Origin: Ramazzottius varieornatus | Taxonomy: Eukaryota > Animalia > Tardigrada | Assembly (NCBI GenBank): GCA_001949185.1 | Contig: BDGG01000003.1 | Coordinates: 1,524,725 to 1,588,724, forward strand | Direction of reading: 5' to 3' | Length of the DNA: 64,000 nt | Part shown: in pieces, positions 51,381 through 63,917 of the stretch | How positions within the stretch are numbered: the first letter of the stretch is position 1 | How the letters are laid out: each line of letters starts with the position of its first letter | Notes under the pieces: generated by a model | Told to the model about the DNA's origin: nothing | Databases searched by the model: none | What the model saw: the letters and a program-made list of their open reading frames with translations, nothing else | Made by a program: the position numbers and the translations under genes

Positions 51381-52262
51381 ACGGCGATACAGTCACTGTC
51401 ATGTGGCGATGCTCCATGACTGTGACTGTGACTGCGACCTCCGGCTTGACGCCGTTTCGAAATTTGAACTCTGTTCGACCTTGGTGTACCCGTGCACGCC
51501 ATCGTAAAGCATGATGCTGTATCTGCAACTTCAGTACAGTACGGGTAGGCAGTAGTACCCAGTGTACCAAAAAATTAACCGTCGATAATGGGCGTGACAG
51601 CCCAACTGGAACTTGATTATCGTGCAACCAGTAACAACACTGGTTCGTTCCATGCGCAAATCTCATTCGTCACCTCCATCTGGCTCCATCCAACACTCAT
51701 TTTCGACGGTTATTTTTTTTTGGGACAGTTGTGGTACGCACCAGCTCGTCGCTCAAGAAACCCCAACAAGTTTGCTGGGGTTTCTTGCGACCGTGTGGGG
51801 ATTATTGATTTTTTCACTCGAGCACATCGAAATCCTTAAACCCACACAGAACTACAAGTAAGCAAGTTGTGTTTTCATGGTCAGTATTGTTGACCTAGTG
51901 TTCTTTCTGAAGCCTGATCCTGCGGAAATTTTCGTCCACTGTGTTCGAGTTCGCAAAATTTTGCTCCCATATAGTTGTAGGAATATCAACTGCGTCTGAT
52001 GAATAATGAACATGAAAGTCTGAAACGGGTGTGTCGTTGTAAGAACCTGATCCTGCTCTCCCTGCATCCTTGGGAGCCATTCAGGTCGAACTATAAAGCA
52101 GCAAGTCTTGACCAGTGGACGGACGAACCGGAGTCTGACGTCGTCGAGCAGTGGCTAACGGTGGTGGGGCGGAGTCTGTTCTAACGCGGAAAATTATTTG
52201 ATGAGGCGGTTTTCAATCGCCTGATCGCTTGCCTTCGAATGTTTGTTGTGCCTTTCTCCAGA

Positions 52263-53793
52263 ATGGGACTCCCCGAAGGGGCTTCTGACAGTTCCGTTTC
52301 ATTCCAACAAGAGTCAATATCTCCTCGAGCCTCACAGTCAAGTGCTTCATCGAACGACGAGTGGAAAGAAGTGCCGGAGGAGCAGATTGAGAAGGACGGG
52401 AAGGATGCGCTACGGAAGGAGCCACACCATTCAATCCTCAAATCAATCAACCATGACTACGATGAAGATGATGATCATACGGACGAGGTGGACCAACTTG
52501 CTGATCGCTTGAAGAAATCAACATCCATTGATGGCATCGTGCAACCCAAAGACATCGAAGGGAGGGGAGATGTCCTGCCCACTGCTACTTCACTTTCCGA
52601 AGGAGTTAACTTGCTGGGGACGTCGCCTGGATCGAATACCTTGCAAGACTTGTATCGCCTTTGGACCGACGCCACAGATGAGCAAGCGGATGGCAATTCT
52701 GATTACGTTGTGCCACCCAAAGCAAGGCGCGCTGCATCTCTCAAGACGAAGAAGACACCTCCAGGTACCTCTAGTAGAATACTGTATTCCCTCGATCGTT
52801 CTGCGCAATCACGAGACACACCCGTAAATATTACCCGGCGGGAACAGAAAATATGTGTGCCTTCGATCCAAGACTACTCGCCAATCAAGTGTGAGTGGGC
52901 GGGTGTAGTTTACTGGCATGATGACATACTGCGCAGAACCATCGAGGGAATCTGTTCGACGGTGGAATACTTTTCTGGAAGCAGAACTGGCTGCAAGAGT
53001 GCGAAAAGAGAGAATTATTTTTGGCTACTGTCACGTGACTTGTCTAGCTCGAGCTATGAGCCACGTGGTGTCAAACTGGCGTTCGGGCAACACACTGACA
53101 AGCCTTGCTGCGTAGCGCTCTTTCCGGTCGACTGAACGGACGATTTACGGTTTGATTGAGTTGTATCGTTTCCGCCTTTCAGGAACTCCCAGCCCCAAAA
53201 AGATGGTTCGTTTCGCTGACGCGATGGGCTTGGACCTCGAGAAGGTCCGTCATTTTCTGCAAGACCAATTGCCCAACACACCATCCAGTACACAGACCGA
53301 CGTGGCAGTAGCCACTCTCACAAACGAGCTCAACCGCCACGTTACAGGCAAATACCTAACACCATCGTTTCCCCAGCCCTGTCTGGCCGGAAACTTCTTA
53401 GAACGTATCCGTACACAGAAAGTCTGCCTAGACTCAGTGCAGACCTCAGACTTCCATGTTAGTGGTTTTGTCAGAGTGCTGAACGTAGCTTTCGAGAAAT
53501 CGTTAGTGGTACGATACACGTTCGACAACTGGAAGACTAGCTTGGACTTGGCTGCACAATATGTGCCCAACTCCAACGACAACTTCTCAGACAGGTTCCA
53601 GTTTTCGCTCTATGCTCCCTCGTACTTTGATACGGGGAATGTCCTGCAGTTTTGTCTGTGCTACAAGGCTGGCGGTCAGGAATACTGGGACAGCAACTAC
53701 GGACAGAATTACTGCTTGACGTGCTGCAGTGGAGGCGGAATTCCCGGATTCAACGCCCTTCCTTATTCACCCTCAACCAGCGCCTTCCTGTAG
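52263..53793 (+). CDS. Glycogen-targeting PP1 regulatory subunit (CBM21; Gbs-76A/PPP1R3-like); true start uncertain
   Basis: SLKTKKTPPG|TPSPKKMVRFADAMGLDL (RVxF-type), VRVLNVAFEK, YWDSNYGQNY; intron 52765-53182. Confidence 0.88.
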
Positions 53794-54219
53794 GCGCACA
53801 ATCTCATCCTGCACCGCAGTATGAAAGAAGAAGATTCATTATCGATTTTACTAAATTGTCAACATCGGTTTCGTTGAAACTGTGATATGCTAAAAAGTTT
53901 TTATCAGTAGTCAGTATGCCGAGTGTTTTGAGATTTTATGGTCTGTTATAATTCGCGTAGGGTTTTTGAGTAAGTGGTGCTTTCAAGGTGGACGATATAC
54001 CGAGACTTTTATTGCTAAATATATTTTCGTTTGATCGATGGCTTGTGTTAATCGTATAAAATCTCTCGTGACAAGGAAGTGTATCTTACAGCATATCTTC
54101 GAAAAGTTGCTGCGCGACTTGAGAGAAGTCTGTCACACCTCGGACATGTCGGCATCAGGCAATGTATATGGTTTTGTGTGAAAGTTCCTCTCTGTATCTC
54201 TGAACAAAAGTTGGTTGAA

Positions 54220-56013
54220 ATGAAAAGGGCATTAGAACTGGACTATGGGCAGGACGTCGAGATGGCCGAGAGATCTCACGCTGGAGAACCAACGTTCGGA
54301 ATCAATCAGCTTCCTTATGAGGTGCTCATCGCCATCTTCGCGCACCTTGATTGCAGCACTCGCTATAGGGTCCGCAGGTAAGTCTGAATATTTTCTCAAG
54401 TTGCAATCTTGAATCAGAAAACTGATGGTGGTTTGTAGAGTTTGCGGTTTCTGGAATTCGCTACTGAGCTTTGAGTTTCCAATTATGAACGTCCAATTTC
54501 CACATCGGACTACACCCGGACAGGCTTTCGAAAGCTTGGTGGACCAACACCAGTCTGCACTGGCCAGCTTCACAACTTCATCGAGTGCTGGGATTGGAGA
54601 CATGACTTCAAAGCCCCCTCTAACGGCTGTCCGGTCGATAGTTATTTCCTCTGTGTCAGCCAACAATCTGCAAAACCTGCTAGATAACCGTGTGGTAGCT
54701 TTCCTCTTGATTTCCTTCCGGAAACTAAGGGATATTGTATTCGTGGGCGGAAAAGTCAACTTCTGGCTTCTTATGGATCTCCCACTGGGGATGATGGAGA
54801 TACACTTCAAAAATGTTACTCTGGATCACATCAGCAGCATTGACTACTTGCGTGAGCGCCAAACTGAGGAACTCCCTTTATCGTTCGAACTGATGCTCAA
54901 GAAAGCCTTGGTCGTACTTCCGGGTTCTCCGAGAGGGCAAAGCGGATATGATATCTTTGAACTGAAGCTCAAGCAAAGTCTTTAGAAGCTCGTGGACATC
55001 AATGTTCCCGTCTACCCAGCCGGCCAGAAGCAACTAATCGGTTTGGACATCAAGAAACTTCCTCGCGTGACACAACAACCCATCCTGCGCATCATTCGAC
55101 AGTAAGAACCTCCTTGATATGCTGGTGTAATGTTATAATCCTCACTGTTCTTCCATCTTTCAGGTAGTAATGTTCTAATATAGTAATATTATATTAAAGT
55201 AGATGATAGATGTTTCGAGCATCTACTATATTTAGTAATATTTAGTAAACAGAATTGGGCACCGCATTCCAATATTTATATTTTAGTAGCTTGAAACCGG
55301 AAGTGCCATATTTTATTATTATTAAGTTGTCCATCATCCATTGTAAAATAAATTTTAATACGGGTTAACGTTACCGCTGATTCGAAAAACTGGTTGATTT
55401 GCTGAGTTCTGATGCGCGTGCGTTGGCTTCTCGATGTGCGACCACGCCTTATAAAGTGCGCCACACCATGATGATGCCTCTACAGTACAGTAGGGCTACT
55501 GCAGAATAAATACCCTTGAACATCGTGCACCTGCATACAGTCTGACACTTCAATCGGCCATGTTACAGTGTGCAGGTGCAGGGTGCAGGCTGTACTACAG
55601 TATTTTTGCTGATCTGATGGTTGTGATTCTGAATCTTTAGATCTTCCGTCGAGCTTTCCGATATTAAAATATATTTTAATAACAAACCCCCGAAAGTTCT
55701 ACTATAGTAATATTTTATTAAATCAGGTAGACGTTTTACTATAGTAGTGGTCACTTATTAGAACTTTGATGGACGGCGGATATTTGTTTTTATTATATTA
55801 GATCTCATTAACCCATATTAGAACATCACTACTTTCAGGCAGGAGAAGAATCTGAGCACGATAAATGTCTCGGACGTTCAAGACATTGACTTCGGTCTCT
55901 TTCGCAACTCAACCTTACGCGAACTTGAACTTTACATACCCAAGTCATACGATTCTTACAGTCACTGGCAGAACTTGGACAGGTTCAGTTCCTCCAAGTT
56001 ATTCCGGACATGA
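54220..56013 (+). CDS. F-box protein (possibly disrupted)
   Basis: INQLPYEVLIAIFAHLDCSTRYRVRR|VCGFW. In-frame TAG at 54983-54985 is either a stop or a short-intron acceptor. Last exon 55839-56013. Confidence 0.6.
55165..55831. mobile_element. 667-bp hAT-type non-autonomous element
   Basis: TIR TAGT(A/G)ATGTTCTAATAT; perfect 8-bp TSD CTTTCAGG at 55157-55164 and 55832-55839; AT-rich interior. Confidence 0.9.
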
Positions 56014-56115
56014 ACTCAGACCAAACCGAATGATTCTACCCTGACAAAGCTGTCTGCATCACACTGTACTCACACACAAACAGAAAGCATCGCATCAAAG
56101 CATTTTCTATTCTTC

Positions 56116-57463
56116 TCAATCATCAAAAGCTCCACCGAGCATCCCGCCAGCTGCGGCTGGAGGAAGCACGAACCCAATCGCTCCAGCTAACTTCGCCACT
56201 TTAGCTGCTACTCCACTCTTGACTACCTTCTCGTCGTCGGGCATCATCTTGTCCGCGACGTGCTTGTAGACCAAGCCGTCAATATCTACGTAAAACGTAC
56301 TGAAACCATCAATGTACTGCCTCATGCCTGCGCGGCCAGCTTTCGTCAGGAACTTCCAAAAGGTAATATATGGCAGGACGCCTCCCACCGTCGTGATGCG
56401 CCACCTGACTCGCACTGTACTGTCTTCCGGGTGTTCCGTTATTTTAAGAACGTCCATTTTGACGTACGAGTGGAGCAAGTGACCCATTGTTTTATACTTC
56501 GAAAGCTGCAGGGAGTATCCGTTGATGCCTGTTGTGGTGATGTTGCGTATCCGGTTCTCGAAAATTATGTCCTTTCTGTATATCCTATAGTCGTGCATCT
56601 TGGTGAAAAACGTCGGAAGACCAGCGCTTAAACGTTCAGCAATTGCGGCCAGCTGTTCTTCCTTTGACTTTTGGGGATCCTTTGAAGAGTCTGCAAGAAG
56701 AAATCCAACCAGGAAATTAAACAACATAATCCGTCAAGGTATTTGAGCTGATTGACTTTCGGTCCAGCAGAACACTAGACTGCCATTATTACGAAACAAG
56801 CTAGTTGATTGAAAGTACAGCTTGATTGAGCATGGGAATTTGTCCGAAGTTGGGAAGAGTTTCTTGCCTGATTTGCTGGCGGAAGACGGTAGACTACTGC
56901 TTGCGCTTTCAGCTTCCGGGGATATTTTAGCAGCAGGTTGAGCTCTGTAGATCGTATCACTGTGCCATTTCTGATAGGAAAGGCTCTGCAGCGTCTCCCA
57001 GTCACGCGTCTGATACAGTCCGACGATCTCCTTTTCCGTCGGCTGGATCAGACTGTAGTACGACTCGAGAAACAAACTCGGTCCCTTGTTCTGCTGCTTC
57101 TGGATGAACCTGTCAAAATTGTAGAGTGTGCCAGAAGAAAAGGCTGGCATGAAATGGCTTTGGTAGTGGCTTAGGTCCGCGGTGAACGTTCCGGTCCTCG
57201 TCGGAACTGAAAGCGACCTGAACTCCCTGCAAAGAGGCCTGTCTCGGTTACTGCATAGATTCATTCAAACGTTCTCGCGCAGCTTACAGTGAGTTCCATG
57301 AAGCACGTCGCCTGCTGTTTAAGTTGCGTCTGTATAAACGGAGAAGCCGAGGGGAGTTGCGAGCAGCCATGAGGAGGCGAGGAGAGGGCAGCATTCGTAA
57401 GCCGCGATGACGGCCGAATTTGAGGACTTCTTCGGCAGTCCTTCCAGATGATACTCTTGGCAT
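56116..57463 (-). CDS. C6orf136: C6orf136-like (DUF2358) protein, probably mitochondrial
   Basis: LPTFFTKMHDYRIY..FENRI..DVLKITEHPEDSTVRVRWRI..DGFSTFYV..HVADKMMPD; R-rich N-terminus. Confidence 0.82.
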
Positions 57464-57958
57464 GAGATGCAAAACCTGTGGGACTTAGATATGCACGGTC
57501 AATGCAGGCCAGCCACCTCTATGGTCCATGGATTTGTCATTTGTGCAACGAAAGATAAAAGAGGAGTGGAGGAGCAGGATCTTCCAGAAAATAAGAGAAA
57601 ATTCGCTCGGCGACGGAAATATCCATCCTGCGTTAATACAGAGGCGAAGCGAAACGTGGCTGGGCTGGAGAAAGTCACAGTAAATATCCGCCTCATATCG
57701 CTCAACTTCCGTGTCCGATTGGTGACAGGCTGACAGCTAGAGTTGTTTATTGTTTAATGGTTATCAATTATTAACTTGTTTTTGTTTTACGATTTCCTCC
57801 GTTTTCTTTCCGAAAATCCCTGAAGTAGAAACCTGCCGCGGACTGTACTGTAGTGATTCGGGATAGTTGCAGCAACACATCAGTGCTTCCTAGGGGAGCG
57901 AGAGGCTGTGGAGATCTGCGAGCTCGGTAAGAATATTCTCTGCGAACTGCGATGTAGC

Positions 57959-58390
57959 CACTGTAGAGCTCCAGTACCGTACCGTTTGCAAACAACGGCG
58001 TGCCAAAATGCAGACTGATTCAGCAGTCGCCGTAGATAGAGGATAAACACCCATCAACATTTGCATCTAAGGTCGTTTAATCAAGTCATGAGCTGACTTT
58101 TTACGAACTATAAATTGCAGAAATACTCTGATCCGCATCGCGGAAGGCATTATTCTCAGATTTCAGAGCTCTAAAACATTAAAAAAATGCTTACCGGTGT
58201 AATGGCTTACTCATGAGAGTCCGACGGAAAAGTTTGTTTAATTGATTTTATTCATTTTGTTCGTTTGGTTGCATGGTCAGTGACGTAACGAACATCCGCT
58301 CCGGCTCGATATTCTCACAACACAATCAATCAACCGTTTGAGCCTGTGTCCCACTCTCCGGCAAAGGCGACGTACAGCAGCTCATCAGTG
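57959..58390. mobile_element. Copy 2 (inverted) of the 48033-48450 element
   Basis: Colinear reverse-complement similarity; CACTG..CAGTG ends; perfect TSD GATGTAGC; lies in the predicted TBP 5'UTR intron 57927-58450. Confidence 0.88.
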
Positions 58391-58499
58391 GATGTAGCAT
58401 TGTTGCATGCACGAGTAATTTTGCAATTGGTTTTCCTCTTCGCTTTTCAGATTGCAACGGGATCGGAAACTCCACTGGTTGTTTTGAGCAGTGAGAGTT

Positions 58500-59744
58500 A
58501 TGGACTCTCACAACATCGATCTGCCGAGCCCTGCGTTCTCGGCCAGCGATCATTACGGCAGTTATCCTGGTAGCACTCCTCGTCGTCTCGATCGCTTCCC
58601 TTCCTATGCTGCACAAACGCCAGGCGGCGCAGATGATCATCACCATGTCGGACCTCCTTCAGTGTTACCTTCTTATGGTGCCCAGACACCGAGTGGGGCG
58701 GAGGATAGACATGGCGGACCGCTGTCCGTCTCGTCCAGCGCAATCCCTGCGCCCATCCACCATAAATTCGCTGCGCCAATGACTCCGTCTGGCTCGGGCA
58801 ATCAACCTGATACTCCTCGCGCCATACCTTCTGCAGGTGCTTTAAGAACGCAGCACTCCATGCTAGCTCCTGCTACACCCTTCAACCCAATGACCCCTCA
58901 GACACCTGCACAAATGGAAAGTGGAATCACCCCGCAGCTCCAGTAAGAATGACTCTGTATCGTTGCACCGGGCATTGATTTGCCGGAAATTGATTGGTCG
59001 TATTATCAGCTATTCAAAACATTTACAGTTAGTGAAACATGTCAAGTCGCGTTTGTCTTGATTAGTTATGCGGACAGCACGGCACCATGTGAAAACCGTT
59101 ATCTGGGCAGTAATGTAGTTGTTGATTCAATCAAGCGAAGCTGGACTCGATATTTTCGGCATACTGTTATTTGCGCTGATTGATTTGTCGAATAATAGTT
59201 TTGATTGCCGCTTGCTTGCAGGAACATCGTTGCGACGATCAACCTAGGTTGCAAACTGGATCTGAAGAAGATCGCCCAACATGCTCGTAACGCAGAATAC
59301 AATCCCAAACGATTTGCAGCAGTTATCATGAGGATTCGAGAACCGCGAACCACTGCGTTGATCTTCAGTTCGGGTAAGATGGTCTGCACAGGAGCGAAAA
59401 GCGAGGACGCATCGAAGCTCGCCGCCCGGAAGTACGCTCGCATCATTCAGAAACTGGACTTCCAGACCAAGTTCACAGACTTCAAAATTCAGAACATGGT
59501 CGGCAGTTGCGATGTTAAATTCAACATTCGGCTGGAAGGCCTTGTCCTTCAGCACTCACAGTTTTGTAGCTACGAACCCGAGCTTTTCCCTGGCTTAATC
59601 TACCGTATGGTCCGACCTAGGGTGGTGCTCCTGATCTTTGTCTCGGGCAAGGTGGTCCTGACAGGTGCGAAAGTCCGAGAAGAAATCTACGAAGCCTTTG
59701 AAAGTATATTCCCCATTCTAAAGAGTTTCAAGAAAGCAAACTGA
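58500..59744 (+). CDS. TBP: TATA-binding protein
   Basis: PMTP repeats, GITPQLQ|[54 protein letters not shown]. Confidence 0.97.
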
Positions 59745-61874
59745 TTTGGAGTTTTTTCCGCGTACAGTTAAGTTGTCTCACCACCTCTGTTTCAGTATTT
59801 ACGATCATGGTGGTACCTCGATTTGCCATTACTATTTGTTGTACATCGAAGACTTGTTTTACTACAGCTGTTTTCCATAAGATTCTGAAGATATCTGGTG
59901 TCGTTTTACACTAGTTTCTAAAAATTCTATAAACTGCGTTGACAACGGTCCTGTGAAAATGGCTGGTTTCCAGTCTGTGTGTTATAGCGCGAACGAATTA
60001 CAGACCATCTGTGCTAACGACTTCCCACTTTTGGCACAAATCTGTTCCATGCAATTTCGAAAAGCATCTGGATGCCGGGAGATAGGAAGTCAAGTATCAG
60101 AGTTAACCGGAAACGTCCAGAGCGAAGCAGGACACTGATGTACCGTCGTTACAAATTTGACTGATGAGAATGGATGGATAAAGCTGTGACGAATGGTCAA
60201 TAATGATCCGGTCGATGCGATACCCCACGGACACTGGCACTTGCCAGTCGGGATGACTGATGCACGCTCCGCTGCCCAGACTGGACTTCATGAATTGTAT
60301 CCTATTCCTCGGGGGAAATAGCCGGGTACAGTCAGTAGCTGGGTCATGCCATTACCAGTCAGCGTGTGATTGATATTGATTAGCTCTGCATTGGACCGGC
60401 GGCTACTGCTCCATCATAAACAAATCCCTTTCTTCCACGAGACTGCTCCATAATATTTTCTGGATGAGAAAATTGAATAAAGGCAACTTGTTCAAATTTT
60501 GCTGAGTAAATAAAGGCATTGTGAAGAGCAATTCGGATGGAAGATGAAATCGAATGAAGCTGGATCTTCGAAAGGGATGTAATTTGAACTTACTTTGACG
60601 CCTCTAACTGCTGTGCTCCTTCGGGAATAACCCTCGTGAGCGAACGAAGCTGTCTGTTGCTGATAGGGTCAATGTGTTTACGACGTGCGGAGTCTGTTTT
60701 GCTCACGCACACACGGCGAGCCGAAAACTTTGAAAATATCCTTAAATTCAAACAGAAAAGGGTACTTCCGTGTTGGCTTGATTTGAAAGTTGAGCCATTC
60801 GCTGCGCCTGTTTTGAGACCTGCGGCTGGATGAGAGTTCAGTGGTATATTTTGTTCTTTTATATTTACTCGAATTTCGGTACCGGTAAGAGTAAGCGTTT
60901 TTGGTGCGCAACTCGAGGAGATGAACCATATCTTTTCTACATCTCGGCTTTTGCAGCTGCACCCGAGAGACGCTAAGTTCCTCGTTCCTCAATCGCTCAA
61001 TGTCGCACGAAGTGTACGGTACAGAAAACATTTACTTTTAAGACGTGTAGTAGATACCGCCGTCTATCGCATCTACAGTATGTATCACAACGTAAAGATT
61101 CATGGAAAGGAAAGGCGAGGTGAGCATTATTAGCTCTTCCAGGAAACATGTTATTCAGTTCAACGCCTTGCCATTCCTCAACCTTAATACATCTTTAATC
61201 GCACACATCACGGGACATGCTTGTAGACTCCAGTCTAGTCATCCTTCACGCAGGCACTGGGTTCCATCTAGTCTAATTTGGGACTCTCTTCCCGTATGCG
61301 TAATGACGGAACTGACGCCGCCCATTAAAGCCCACAAACTATCCGTTACGGGAGAAGCACTGACCAACGCGCAACAGGGATTAAGGATACTTCCCTTGTA
61401 CATGATCCCGAAAGTTACTCCACGCTCTCTGCCGTGTATCCGCCCACATCTTAATGCGCCATAACAGATCCCTCAACCGCCGCACAGTCAACACGTAGTC
61501 AGGCCATTCGATTCCCATTTATCAAGCTGCCTCTCATCAGGTTTCCCGCATACGACAGTAACCCGTAAAGGCCATTTGTATACTTTTACGATCGTGCAGT
61601 CGTTGCGAACAGAAGCTGGTGATTCTTGATGAAGACGACCGTTTTCTTCCTCGATTTTCCCAAAAGAAGATTTCACCTTCCAAGTTCAACACGAATGTTT
61701 TTTCTTTTTTCGCTAAGAATGACTGCCTTTATATCGTTGATTTTCGAAACTCACTTTGATGCTTGAAGGTTTCGATTGTGATCAGATCGGTCATCAAAGC
61801 CCGTTCAATTGGTCAGCTTTGCGTAACGTATCGATCGAGACCGTGTTTGTCCGGAAACTATGCTCAAACGGAAC

Positions 61875-63917
61875 ATGCGAAATCGTGTCAACTTGTCGAT
61901 ATTCGACGTCAGACTTATTGAAGTGCCTCTCAGCATCGTCTTCTGGATTAGCCGCTTCTGTATGATTAATGTGCTGGCCGACAAAACAATGTACTGTAAG
62001 TGAAACCGGACATACGCTGAAGTTGTGCAACAAGATTAGTTTTATGAATGAAGCAGCAATCTCGAACAGAATCTATGGAAGTTTGAATAGTCCATCTAAA
62101 TTTATTGCAGGCCCCAAACATACACTGCCTACAAGAAAAAACCGACAACCTATTTTTGGAGCANNNNNNNNNNNNNNNNNNNNNNNNNNNNNNNNNNNNN
62201 NNNNNNNNNNNNNAAGAAAAAACCGACCCCCCTAATCCTTCGCTCAAAAATTCATAACTTTAGACCGGACATTCTGATGTCTGATCTTCAAAGCGACCCT
62301 TGATGCTCAGTGTTTGTTCAACGCGATCACGTGACTTTCCGAAAAGAGAATCAACGAATCAACCGGTATGATAAAGTTCGCCAACATCGAAAAACAACCT
62401 ATTTTTGGAGCAGCGTAGCACGGTCAGTCCATCGCGAAACCTTGACGCATTGCTGTCCAAAAATGCAACAAGCATTGGGCTACCAGGTGGAAAAAAATCA
62501 AGGCAGTCAAAGGTTTCGTCGAGGATGGACTTGTAGCGACCTATGCGCTATTTTCGATGGAGATTACACGTGCACTCTGCAGTTTTCAGCAAATCTTCCG
62601 CCAAATAGAAAGTTATGTCGAATTTGCTGCTGTTTTTTGCGCAAAAAGTTTGAGGCTACACAAGCCACACAAAGTTGTCCAGCTAAACATAAAAATACGG
62701 CCCTTCATAGTTTTTGGATCGAAAATCAACGCCAGGATGGCGCGAAGGTCGCTGCGAGTTGCTCCTTGACGAAACCTTCGACTGCCTTGATTTTTTCTTC
62801 ACCTGGTAGCCCAATGCTTGTTGCATTTTTTGACAGCAAAGCGTCAAGGTTTTGCGATGGACTGACCGTGCTACGCTGCTCCAAAAAAGGGTTTTTTCGA
62901 TGGTGGCGAACTTTATCATACCGGTTGATTCGTTGATTCTCTTTTCGGGAAGTCACGTGATCGCGTTGAACAAACATTGAGCATTAAGGATCGCTTTGAA
63001 GGTTAGACATCAGAATGTCCAGTCTAAAGTTATGAATTTTTGAGCGAAGGATTAGGGGGGTCGGTTTTTTCTTGTAGGCAGTGTAGTAGTAAGCTTAAAC
63101 GTCTGGCTGTGAAAACCCGAACCGATAGTAACCAAGAATCCTAAGTAGTGTTTGGATATTGATAAGGAAGTAGAAATAACGACGGACCTAGTTTCATTTT
63201 GCCGGTCGAGAACCACCTCTACAGAGAAACGAATATTTTCGACAGGGTGTGGTCACTGTGAGAAAGTCGCATGAATATGATTAGTTTTGTTGGTCACTTA
63301 AATTCAGTCAAGTTTTTATTGCAGACCAAACATCGCCTTGTCCTAACTACTCCCCGTGGAAAAAAGCAATCGCTATAAGCGGCGCCGTCTTGAGGAGTAG
63401 TGGTGAATTCCACGGAGACTGCCGAATAACTTTCCAAGTGCCATATCCCGATCGACAACGCTTCCTCTTGAGATTCGAGTCTGTCGGCATACAAGAATGT
63501 CACGATCGGTTGGTGATCTATGATTCGGATGACTTGGTCGACGCAGTGCGGGTAAGTTTTGTTTATAAATTGGTATCCCTCGTATTCAACAAGGTCTTTG
63601 ATCGGATCGGACGATATCAAGATCGGATGGGTTTTTGTCCATGCTACGGAAAGGTTTCTTCCGCTTGAAATCCTTTCGTAGCCTCAGTTACAGTGCGGTT
63701 GAGAAGCGTTTGTGTTAAGCGAACGGTTGATGCTTTCTTCCAGCTGGAAGAGATTTCCTGTCGGAGCCAAGTGGATCCCACACGTTTCATGTACACTTCC
63801 AACAAGGGCGGATATGTCACCATCCGATACTACACTTATAATAAGGGGGAACACGCCAGTGAATTCCGTCTGGTCCTCACGGCTATCAACAAGCTCCACA
63901 GGCTAGGCAAGTTCTGA
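61875..63917 (+). CDS. Secreted/membrane CUB-domain protein (probably continues beyond the window)
   Basis: Exon 1 hydrophobic leader 61875-~61996; exon 2 63325-63551 DCRITFQV..RFLLRFESVGIQECHDRLVIYD; exon 3 63744-~63906 GYVTIRY..FRLVLTA. Confidence 0.68.
62123..63083. mobile_element. Foldback-type MITE with ~340-bp arms, TA TSD, spanning an N gap
   Basis: TA|CACTGCCTACAAGAAAAAACCGAC...GTCGGTTTTTTCTTGTAGGCAGTG|TA; 62214-~62555 mirrors ~62735-63073. Confidence 0.85.

Noticed and set aside
52765-53135. C-terminal part of the 298-aa ORF 52239-53135
   Set aside because: It is read-through into an intron; splicing 52764 to 53183 restores the conserved TPPGTP..VRFAD motif.
55456-55464. Lone GTGCGCCAC inside the hAT element (and GTGCGGCAC at 49036)
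   Set aside because: No partner half-site at 34 nt and no family X arms, so not counted.
57959-58390. Intron-encoded structured ncRNA (RNase P/telomerase-like) with paired ends, duplicated at 48033-48450
   Set aside because: Both copies are flanked by 8-bp target-site duplications, so the paired ends are TIRs. No RNase P P4 or box motifs were seen.
59950-61870. Short ORFs downstream of TBP
   Set aside because: No homology cues; likely intergenic or the 5' region of the CUB gene.
62310-62977. ORFs 62310-62936 (+) and 62726-62977 (-) with identical N-termini
   Set aside because: They are by-products of the inverted repeat arms and show no transposase motifs.
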